NCBI GenBank assembly: GCA_037379345.1
Contig: CM074513.1
Coordinates: forward strand, 40,234,885-40,298,884
Length of the DNA stretch: 64,000 nucleotides
Origin: Perna viridis
Taxonomy: Eukaryota
Direction of reading: 5' to 3'
Shown here: piece by piece, positions 53,363 through 64,000 of the stretch
Layout of the letters: each line of letters begins with the position of its first letter
How positions within the stretch are numbered: position 1 is the first letter of the stretch
Notes under the pieces: model-generated
What the model was told of the DNA's origin: nothing
Databases searched by the model: none
What the model saw: the letters and a program-made list of their open reading frames with translations, nothing else
Program-made: the position numbers and the translations under genes

Positions 53363-55199
53363 AGTATAATACTTTAGGATAAATATATATCATTACAAAA
53401 TTAACCATACTTGAAGGTTATAAGTATAAAATATCAAATCAGAGCTGACAAAATTATCAAAGTTGTTTTTTTAATTAATTTTTCTTCGGGAGCGTTAAAA
53501 GGTTTCACCTTCATCATATTATTGCATTGTTGCACTTGAAACTACAACTACATCCAACAGATTTTTTTTAAATATGAAATAGTAACATAATTCATATTGA
53601 AACAAACTATCGTCACTTGATATGTGTTGGAAACAAAGATTGAATATATCTTAACCTTTTCCACATTTTCAGTGGTATCAAATGAAATTAATAGATATAA
53701 GACGCCATAAGCAAATATTACAGGTACAAAACAAAAGCAATCAGTGGGAAAAGGCGATACAGGTAAGAATTTAAGTCAATAAGTTTAGAAATAAAAACTA
53801 GACTTCAAAGAATCATTTGAACGAAAGTTTTCGGTAAACAAAGGCTATATTAGAGAAGAAAAAGTGTATGTATTCATAGTGGATAGATTCCTTTAATATC
53901 TTGAAAAATTCCAATATTTATTTTTAGCAGACTTCGCAGAATAACTAAAAAGGGTAGCACAATCTTTATGTCTTCTTCAACCTGCACATACATGCTGGAC
54001 GATGAAAGATTGGTAGAAAATCTACCTAGCAAATAACCAGCTCATTTTAAAGTTGCCTATTTAAAGTTTAGCCTTTGCTCCCGGACACACATGCTCCTAG
54101 GGAAGTCCTCCTTTAAGTGTTTTAGCTTAACAATTACGTTCATGTGGACTGCGGGGGCATTATTATCATTATCATCATCATTCATTTGTTTCCTTTTAAT
54201 TTTTATGAAAAATCTATCAAGTAATGTATTTTCTATTCTTCTCACATGTAAATATAACAGAAAAGATGATACATTTCATATGTTGCTTGCTTGGGCAGTA
54301 TTTACTGATAGACAAGATCTTGTTGGCATTTTTTTTTTTGGACAAAATGTGAAAATCACTGCGTAAGATAATTTTGGTTTTCTTACTATGTAAACCATCA
54401 TGGATTTTTGGATCCATGCTGTCCGATGAATACTGCTTTATTGCAATTGCACATTTTTTTCTTTTTTCATTACAGTAGAAAACCGGGAATAAAATGACCA
54501 GCTACGATAAAGAGAAAATACTTGCACTGACGGTGCATTTGATCTTTGCTCATTAATTTACCATTTTTATGTCTTTTCGGTTCCTGTAAGTTATTTCTGT
54601 TCACGTTCCATTTTTTCGTTATTGGCTCCTGGGTATTTTGTTTATATTTTAGTTGAACTTGAATTAAGTTTTATAAGTGGTGATACCTGACGGAAGTTCT
54701 ATTTATGTTTTAAACCGTTACGATTTACCACCAGAGTTGCTTCTCTTCTAATTTACATGAAGACAGTTCGATTGTTATGATTAGACGCAACAAATCCTTA
54801 TAATATCTGCCTTGTTTTCATTTTTTATTTTTATGTACACTTGTCAATGTTTTTTCAGTGAGGAACAGATCTATTAGTACTCAGAGAACATTGATTTGAC
54901 TTTGTTGATAATGCATCCCTATCTTGTTATAACGCTGTTGTTTTGACATACAGGGAGGTACGACACTTCATACAAAACGCTAAAAAAAGCGTCTGCACTA
55001 AAAGTTCAAACAATCTCTTCTCAACTGCATAAACCATTTCCTAAAAATGTCTCTTCCGACAAAACGGTTTTGTGCCATTCCTGCATTAACTACTTACCTA
55101 AAGTAGTAAAAAATTAAAAATAAGCATTGATCTTTTTCCAAAAATAATTAAAATGCAAATGAATACGAACATAAACTATTGGCAAAGAGTCGATTTAAG

Positions 55200-55410
55200 C
55201 AGAAATCAAAAGAATATATTCCAAGCATAAAGACTAAACAAGGAAAACAGACACACACAACAAAGAACATGAAATAACCAAAATAATACGTACAAAGAAA
55301 CAAAAGTAAACGAGCAACCCGGCCTCTACTGAAAACTGAGCGCATGGACCAGGTACGCAGGTAAGGTAAGCTTCCTCTGCTTTTCAAGAAACGTCCGCCG
55401 ACTTGCTCAT
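55200..55410 (-). mobile_element. Diverged Penelope-like 3'-end fragment
   Basis: AATCAAAAGAAT...GAGCAACCCGG...GGACCAGGT...CCGACTTGCTCAT. Confidence 0.65.
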
Positions 55411-56734
55411 ATATGCAAAAGATATAATACATTTGTACAGTTACATGATTTTTTTTCAATAACAGCAATAATGACGGCAGGGATATTAAAGAATATGGCA
55501 AGAACGGTCCATAATGCTAAAGACAGTAAACTTTACAGCGATCTACTGTCTCGCTCAAGGTAGGTTTTTCAATAAATCAAAATTGTACGTTCTGCGTCAA
55601 TCGAATGGGAAGCTTTACTCCAACCTCGGGGTTTAATCAAACTCTATAAACGAACATATTAAAAACTATTTTACTTTTGCGGCAATTCTTTTAATTGTTA
55701 AGAAAATCTGAAATTTAGTTGCAAAAACGTGTAGATGTTTGTACCTTGAAAGTTCATTTAAGATATTGTTTGTTGTATGTTTTAATCACACAACACACAG
55801 TTACACACTATAACACATAGTACATAAAGAAGTATTTAGATTATGTATTACTCAGTATAAGGCGGAGGATATTTCAACATAAAAAAACACTGAAAACTTT
55901 AAACTTGTTGGGTATTTTATTTTAAAGGAGAAAATATTTAGCTTTTATACTTGATAAATTGTGTGTAGAAAACGACGCAAAAATCCGAACAGTGGCTATT
56001 CGATCAAATCGTTTTGATCAGAATGATGATACAGGGTGATATTTAAGAAGGAGCTTCAAACAATCCAATTCTATAATAGTTCTAAATATGCTAATACAGC
56101 TAAAGAGAATAATGTCCTTAATAATAATCAACCATTGTACATATGAATGAATCTACGTAACTGGGAAATTCAATTCCAAGAAATGTACTGAGACACCCAA
56201 TAGATCAGAAAATAAATACTGATTCGTGTTGATTTTCATCGAAACTAAATTTCTTATTTCAAATTGCAAGTTGTAGAGATTTAGTAACACACATTAATTG
56301 TGAATCTTATTTGCATACCGATCTAGCCGATTTAGAGCTGTTTTGTGGAAGGTTTTACTTATCTCTCGGATCGACAACTGCTCCAAATATTTGGCCGGTT
56401 CTCTATAAATATATTTAGTACATAATTTGCTTTGAAGTGTAATTTTAGCCTGTTCAATCATTATGCTAGATTTTTTCTCGAGAAAGAAACATTCCCTGTT
56501 TAAATGTATTTTCTTAATGTTTATTTAAATATACATTCCTTCTTCTGAAAACATGTTATTGAATTTGTGATTTCACAGAATATTTGAAAACCGAGCCATT
56601 GATATGTTGAACCTTCTTTAAGGGGAACGTGAGCAAGATTGTATGAGTTTCATCAATACAGAAAATGTAACATGGAATGTGATGGTGTCACCAATCGAGT
56701 ATGCCTATGATAATGATATGAAAGACATTATAGT

Positions 56735-57254
56735 TTGTTTGTTTGTTTGTTGGGGTTTAACGTCCGAGCAGCAATATTTCAGCTATATTCAGACGATGAA
56801 CATGAAATTGATGATAAAATGAACATGAAATGATGATGTAATGAAAAAGGGATTGGACACAAGGATAATGGGGTCGATATATTTTGATTGCCACTGGAAA
56901 TAGGGAGACATGGGTAGGATCGGGCAATTTAGCCTCCTGTGGCGGAGCCCTATGGTTCCTACTCCGGGAGAATACCACAGTAGGGTTCTTTAACGTGCGA
57001 GGAACGTGGCATCTTTCCCAACACGGTGCACCACTATGGTTTGCGGTCAGGTTTTCCGTATTATAGCCTGACAACCCCAGCATGCAACACGCCAGGGGTA
57101 CCCCATTCCACCACCTGGGGCACACATCCCAGTTGCTCTATGGGCAGAGCGCCCTAGCCCCATGCTAGGGGTTTGAGCACAATTTAGTCGCCTTTTACGA
57201 CAAGCTTAGCGCTGCTGCAGGCCTATTCTTTTAACACCCGGACCTGCACGGGGT
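56735..57254 (-). mobile_element. SINE-like retroelement copy 3, inserted in a TRPM exon, 11-bp TSD
   Basis: TSD GACATTATAGT at 56724-56734 and 57255-57265; (CAAA)n tail. Confidence 0.93.
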
Positions 57255-60200
57255 GACATTATAGTACACCCCCTGCGTACAGAGGTCTATAAATAGAGTA
57301 TGGTACAACGGAACTGCAACAGTTTGTAATTGTAATACATAGCTTAGTTTGCGATTGCTCTATTTCGGTGGAGAAAGTGAATGCAAATTTTGCGCAGACG
57401 TAGAGGTGGTTTTAATCGTGAGTTGTCAATTTTGTATCTATCGAAGTAGTTTGAGTAGACATTTATCAACAAAGTCGCTTACTGCTTACAGATATCTTAT
57501 GACCTTTGAAAGAAAGTCTGTTAGGAATTGCCATTGTGCACTTGCTATTAAATGTTTGGCTTGAATGCATATTGGTTCTTTCTTTTAGCGAAAAAAGGAG
57601 CTTACGATTTACTCAGATGGGTTGTAGGGATACCCAATTTGTATCAACGACTCCCCTTACCGCTTGATGCATATTTCTTAATGTAACTCTCAGATCAGAT
57701 TGAAAAAGTCATGCATACCAAGCCCTTGTACACCCTAAACTTGAGTATTCCTCCTCAGTTTGAGATCCTCATACCCAAGACTCTATTTCGAAGTTAGATA
57801 TGGTTATGTTCTTTACACATGTAAATACGTTTAATTGTTAACACATCATGTATATAGGCCACACATGCACTAGCAAGTAATCACCTGAACATAGATAGTT
57901 TACTGGAAAACTTAAAGAAGCTGATTTTCATAATTGTTTTATCTTATTGTGCATAATTTTTTTATTTTAAAATCTAAATTAATTTGGCATTACCGCTCTT
58001 TCACTTCTGTTTCGCCATAGACTTAACTATAATTCTCATTCTATAGGTTTCTCGGTTTTTAACTTAAAGGTTCATAGAAAAATTCATATATATGCGAAAC
58101 GATATACGGTTGCATGATATCTTTTATAAAATGTGTTCACAATCGTTTTATCAAATGTTAAATTCTGTTAACAACTGAGATGTAATAGATTTTTTGGAAA
58201 TTTTGATGCAAGCCAAATAAGGTTTAATTAATGTGAGTATAGAGAAACATAAGTCTCACTTATATAATAATATATTAAAGACTTCTGTGCAATGTAGTTA
58301 AGATAAAAAAAATAAATACTTTAATGTACTAATCTAATTCATGGTTTTCAACCTTGTCAACAAAATACAAAACAAAATATAATTTGTTAAATTTGAACTC
58401 CCCACACCAATGAAAAATAGAATAGTCCAGGTAGCTGCTTCAGATTTAAATAACTAGGGGCTAACTGTGAAAAGATTCATAGGTGAGTATTCATAAACTC
58501 TTTCAATAGCAACTGGTCAGTTTAAATGTCCCAATAGCTTTGTCAATCCTTTGTTTTGTTCATCAGATTGGTAACAAAAGAGTGTCATGGTTGTAGGAAA
58601 GTCACTGCAATATATAAAACATTTTTTGTTTGTGACTTCATGCCAATAAAGAAAAGTTTGTACATGTAAGTAAAAATATAATTTTAGTAACTTTCATATT
58701 CATTTGTTAAAAGGGTGGGGGTTTATTAAGTATCAAGAAATTAATACTACACACGTAAAAATAACTAAGTTTTGTTAAATTGTGAAGAAGATTTATATAT
58801 AAAAAAATAAATAAAATTAAGATTTATTTTTTGCTTTATTAGCATGCATTGTAATCAAATTTAACTTCATAAAATACATTTTACTACGAAACTGAAATTA
58901 CTGTTGACCTATTCTAATACTGGTGCAGTGAGCAGAACGACACATTTATTCAACACTCACATAAAATGTCATCAAAGTCACAAGACCACAGCCTTCTTTA
59001 AACAAGATCCAGACCTTCTCCTAAATTTTCACGTTTTCCGGATAAACCGAAGAGGTACTCTACAGACTTACTTTACCGTCATAGACCATAGCAATAATTG
59101 GTAGAAGAGACAAGAAATATTTCGGGATAATTTTTGGATGAGAAATTACACAAACATACTGAATGTAAACCATCAGCTAAGCAACAAAATTATTTAGTGG
59201 TTAAGGTCAACAATTATATGTAGCTTCGAAATATGAGTGTGTGAAGGTCTTGAGGAATCTTGACAATTGGTCGACAAGATAAGTTATTTTCTAGTGTCAA
59301 GCGGAACGAAAGTGTATGGTAAAGTTTTTTGTAGTGCACTTCTTAGATTCTACTCTTTAGATAAGCCACTGTAGATAATTTTTTGATACTTTGTGGAAAT
59401 AAAGCTATATTGAGACATTCAACAAGCATATACAACCAATTTTTCCTGTAAAAAGTTCATATTTTTCAAATTCTTACATTATGGAGATCCATAAAAATGA
59501 TTGATATTCTCTTATATTTTGTCATAAAGTAATGTAGTTTTAGTAATATAATAGGGGAAAAACATCAGTTTTAAAATTAAGCGTTAAGACAGATTTCTAA
59601 AAATCAGACACTTTAAAACTGCAAGGAAAAAAGTAAGCAGGCATAGTATTGTTGTGAAAAAAAGTATGTGTACTTTTTTTTGTCCATTTGTTTATGAATA
59701 TATTTCTTGAAGTCCGTAAGTAAATTTTATTTTATATCCCTAATAATCGTAGTTTATGTGTAGTTTCATCAAAGATAGATTTTGAAATTCGCAAGGGATC
59801 TAGGAAATATATAGGATTCTGACCAAAAAAAGGTCAATTCCAAAAAGTATTCAAATGTCATTTTAATCGGTAGAAAAATATTGTACCTAAACATGTGAAT
59901 AAAATCGTTGTAAATACATATTGAAATTTTTCTTTGAATTGAACAAAATAACACATTTTTACACATAAAAAGATTGTGTATTATGGATTCAAAAATTTTT
60001 AAAAACCATATAAAATTATAGCTACTTTTGTGAACAAAATACTTAAGAAGTTGGTCTAAACCCTTTTCTTGTAGCAACATGTTCTTGTCCCAATATCTGT
60101 TATGTTAGTTATTGAATCCTAGAAAAAGATGTCATAGTAAGCACAAAGTAAAGTTAGCTCAACTGCATTGTATGTTTACGTGAAAAAAGATGGTCCTCTG

Positions 60201-60891
60201 TGATAATTGATAGTCAACTCGGAAAGGGTTCAGTAGAATGCACCAATAGCCTTATTAGGACAGTTCTACAGCAAGAAAATAAATTGACACTTATTGGGAC
60301 CAATAAGTGGAAATATATAAGCGTTTGGTATTAGTTAGATGTGGATTTGGTTACGTCAAAGGTTATGTGTGAAAATATTACCGCAATTCATAGAGATCTG
60401 TTGTATTTCCGGACAGTGTACACATTCTGAATTAGACCCGATGAAGCCAAAACGGATTTAGCTGAAGCTGCTCGTAAAGTTAAAATAAAAATGGGAATTC
60501 AAGAATGTTGAACCTCATCGTGCTCGCTTCTATAGGCAATGCATACGCCTACAACAAAGTAATTGTGCTAGTCACAATTTATAGAGAAGAGCAAAAACTG
60601 AGACAAAGATGACGAATCTTATAACATACAAACAAAGTCTTATTGACATTAGAATCCCACGAAAGCATATAAAATACCTATGACATCGTGCACTAAGTAA
60701 CAGAAATAATAATCGAAAACTGAAATTTGACTTATTAAGAATAAGAGAAACAAAACTTATTTATTGTATTACTACAATCACGAGAACTAGCTTTTAAATT
60801 TCTTGTCCGTTGCTGAAGATATTTAATAAAACTTGAAGTGTTTCCAAATTGTAAGCGAAAAAACCATTTAAAAAAAAAAAAAAAAGTACGG

Positions 60892-61394
60892 TTTTGTTTG
60901 TTGGGGTTTAACGTCCGAGCAGCAATATTTCAGCTATATTCAGACGATGAACATGAAATGGATGATAAAATGGACATGAAATGAAAAAAAAGGATGGGAC
61001 ACAAGGACAATAGGGTCGACAAATTTTGATTGCCACTGGAAAAAGGGGGAAAGGGTAAGGTCGGCCAATTTAGCCTCCTGTGGCGGAGCGCAAAGGTTCC
61101 TACTCCTATCGAATACCACAGCAGGGTTCTTTAACGTGCGAGGAACGTGGCATCTTTCCCAACACGGTGCACCACTATGGTTTGCGGTCAGGTTTTCCGT
61201 ATTATAGCCTGACAACCCCAGCATGTAACACGCCAGGGGTACCCCATTCCACCACCTGGGGCACACATCCCAGTTGCTCTGTGGGCAGAGCGCCTAGCCC
61301 CCGGCTAGGTTTCTGAGCACTATTTAGTCGCCTTTTACGACAAGCTTAGCGCTGCTGCAGGCCTATTCTTTTAACACCCGGACCTGCACGGGGC
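60892..61394 (-). mobile_element. SINE-like retroelement copy 4, 12-bp TSD
   Basis: TSD AAAAAAG(T/C)ACGG at 60880-60891 and 61395-61406. Confidence 0.92.
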
Positions 61395-62058
61395 AAAAAA
61401 GCACGGATAATAACACGTTTATGTAATGAATTTTTAAATAAAGACGGTCAGTTGAACATTCAAATATTCTACATTTTAGAGAAGCTTAATCCTGACCAGT
61501 GTAAGGATAAAACAACGTCACCAGTATCGCATAAGACACAGACTGTGGATATTTGTGACGTTCCCGTGGAACTGGCTGACAATATCCTCCTACATAGTAA
61601 TTACTGCTTCGTTAAACGTTCGAGTTTCTGTGACGAGAGACATTACCAGTATAGAACTAAGAATATACAGCTTTGGTCTCTTTATGGTCTACATGCGTTT
61701 TTTTTTCAGAGTACGATGGTTCTGACTTATTTTGGTCCAATTGTCATTATGATTGGTAACATGGTATGTTATTTTCAAATTGCTTATCTAAAGGTAACAA
61801 TAATTTTACTCAAAAAGCTTTTTTTAACATTTAAATTCTACAAACATTCAAGTCTTCCTTAATTTGTAATAATGTTCGTCTTTAATTCAGGCTTTTTAAT
61901 GGTAAACTTTCCCTAACAGCAAATATTGGAAGCAAGCACATTTGAATAAATCATATGTCGTGTTTAATTTATACACTCTCCCGTGTCATTCGTTAAATTA
62001 CGCGTCAAAAAATATTGATAAACATAAACAGACATAGAAAATATTTTGGAAGTATAAA

Positions 62059-62261
62059 ATTAAAAGAACTGATGAAGTTTAGCTGGATTCTCCTTGTATT
62101 CATCATGTGCTTTGGAGTGTTGTACTATACAAACATGTATCCAGAACATACAGACATGTGGCCAGGTGGTGGGTATAAAGTTGAACACTTGCGTTTATGG
62201 AAAATCATTTCCTTGCCTTATTGGCAAATCTTTGGCGAGTTATCATTGAATCAGCTGACAG
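62059..62261 (+). pseudogene. TRPM-like S5/pore-helix exon
   Basis: LKELMKFSWILLVFIMCFGVLYYTNMYP...LPYWQIFGELSL, ending at a GTAAGT donor. Confidence 0.85.
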
Positions 62262-62543
62262 GTAAGTTGCAATATTTTTACAACCCTGATTTTTTTGTGG
62301 TAATTAGAGAAATAACAAGGAAACAGTAATTGTTCATAAATAAATCTGCTTAACAATTTTGCATAGAATTTGCAGCTTTTTAGATCTTATTATTTACACG
62401 ATATTTACACGATATAATATTTTTTGATTATTTTTTTCATGTGGTAAAATGTATTTTCGGCTTATATTAGAGAGTTTTAAAAAAACATGTCTATTTTTTC
62501 TATTGTGTAGGATTGTAATAACTAATATGATCATCTGATTTGT

Positions 62544-62720
62544 AGAGTAATCAAGGGAACCAAGGTTATAGCGGTAATCAAAAGAATGTAATCCAGGGAC
62601 AAAGACCAGACATAAAAAACAGACATACACAACAAAGAACATGAAGTAACTAAAATCATACATACAAAGTAACAAAAGTAAATGAGCAACTCGGACTCGA
62701 CTAAAAACTGGGAGCATGGA
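62544..62720 (-). mobile_element. Penelope-like 3'-end fragment, 5'-truncated within the stem-loop
   Basis: AGAGTAATCAAGGGAACCAAGG...CTGGGAGCATGG. Confidence 0.75.
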
Positions 62721-64000
62721 AGCATGTATAGTGTTGTGCCTTTAATGTTGAGGCTTTGCTACCTTGATAATTATTGAAGTAACATAATATAGGTCACTCA
62801 ATGAAAAGTGGGTATTAACAGGAACATAGAATCTGGTTTCTCCTCTAGTGTTATATGTGTATTGATTACCTTAAGAATTGTGGTACTTATATAATTAAAC
62901 AAACAAAACAAAAAATCATTCATATAAAAAATCTGAAGAAATAGTTAGTGTCTAGAACATGGGATGCGATATCTCTTTTCTAGGCGAAAAGAACAGAAAT
63001 GATTCTTGTACTTTCATTGGGTCAGAATGGGAAAAAACCACGATAGGAAGAAATGTGTCGGACATTTTTTCGTCCTTTCATTCAGATAAAATTTTGTAGT
63101 TGGATTGGATTATGTTTTATATCCTGTAAAATAACTTTCCTTCGAGACGTGACAATTTAAAAGTAAAGGTTTTCTTCCAATGTCTCATTCGAAAGATTGT
63201 ATATTTAAAACAAAATGTATGCAAAAAAAAGTTGATAACAAAATTACCGAACTGATAATCTCTAGGGAAAGTAAAGAAGAGGAAAGTTCATATAACAAAT
63301 GGGAGTATCATGCCAAAATGGATATGTTGGAAACAACCACAATGGTCCTGACTTGGTACAGGCAAGAAAATGGAAATGGTTGATTAAACCAGGTTTTATA
63401 GCGCGCTAAATTTCCTGCTTCTATTACGGGTTATTGTTTCCGGTATATCGCATTACAAAAAGAAAAAATAGATAGAACGTGGCTTTTGTTGTTTAGGGAT
63501 ATACAAACATCTCAATCTAGAAAGAAAGTCTTAGCCGAGGACGAGCGTTATTTATCTTGTTAATTTAAACTTTTTATTGCTTATCGTATTTCATACAAAA
63601 GACCTGTTATGGTACCGTTAAAATTAACAAAGGTCAAATTTGCTTTTCTATGTTCTGAAGATATTGATGGCGACACAGGAATCGAATTACGTGAACTACG
63701 TCTTAATATGAACTAAAAATTACTCATATTGAATATTAATAAAAAGGCATTTATAACATTTGCTATTTTGAGTTCAAAGATATGGAATATTAATATTCAG
63801 ACATCACTTACTTGAAAATAGTATAGAATTGAAAGGTCTGCATATTTGTCAAGTTTCATGAAATCTGAATTAGACTTACTATAGGTCATATCAATGAGTA
63901 TGAAATCACAATCCATTAATTACAGTTGTGAACAATGATTATTTTCAGCAATGATGCACTTTTGTTTTGTTTTACTTTAATTTTTTTTTTTTGTATTACC

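Larger units (their letters stand above)
38461..63360 (+). pseudogene. TRPM-family (TRPM2-like) cation channel pseudogene, many decayed exons
   Basis: Collinear TRPM motifs: VTIYD...DLSVQAIIK (40486-40582), SSPLYFFLAYQ (41815-41927), MLLAWAVFTDRQDL..W (~54260-54362), FENRAIDML...SPIEYAY...HP.CVQRSINRVWY (56579-57321), S3-S4 WNW...RIYSFGLFMVYMRF/FGPIVIMIGNM (61480-61763), S5-pore ELMKFSWILLVFIMCFGV...PYWQIFGEL (~62059-62261). There are in-frame stops, frameshifts and an exonic insertion. The outer boundaries are uncertain. Confidence 0.8.

Overview
AT-rich, intron-containing animal DNA. The repeat families and gene types point to a bivalve mollusc, probably mussel-like (inference). Splice-aware reading gives: (1) an apparently intact 4-coding-exon, 249-aa orphan gene on the minus strand (2492-4783); (2) an IFI44-like gene (TLDc + P-loop GTPase, minus, 7618-14831) with a frameshift and with a composite DNA transposon inside one coding exon (two identical-looking 467-bp direct repeats, each with its own TIRs and TTTA/TTAA junctions, i.e. 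non-autonomous KolobokP architecture); (3) a decayed spliced CaRF-like/Ulp1-protease/PHD-finger cassette, probably transposon-borne (about 16.4-24.7 kb); (4) a coiled-coil plus alpha/beta-domain gene (plus, about 28.6-31.3 kb); (5) a long TRPM-like channel pseudogene (plus, about 38.5-63.4 kb) containing Ngaro/DIRS and Gypsy remnants and an exonic SINE-like insertion. Two dispersed retroelement families dominate. One is a ~500-bp SINE-like element whose head looks like a pseudoknot rather than a tRNA (4 copies, 3 with TSDs). The other is the 3' end of a Penelope-like element carrying a conserved multi-branch stem (about 9 copies). There are also two MITEs, local duplications and a 157-N gap. 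No rRNA, tRNA genes or CRISPR arrays were seen. All family assignments come from motif recognition by eye, not from database searches.
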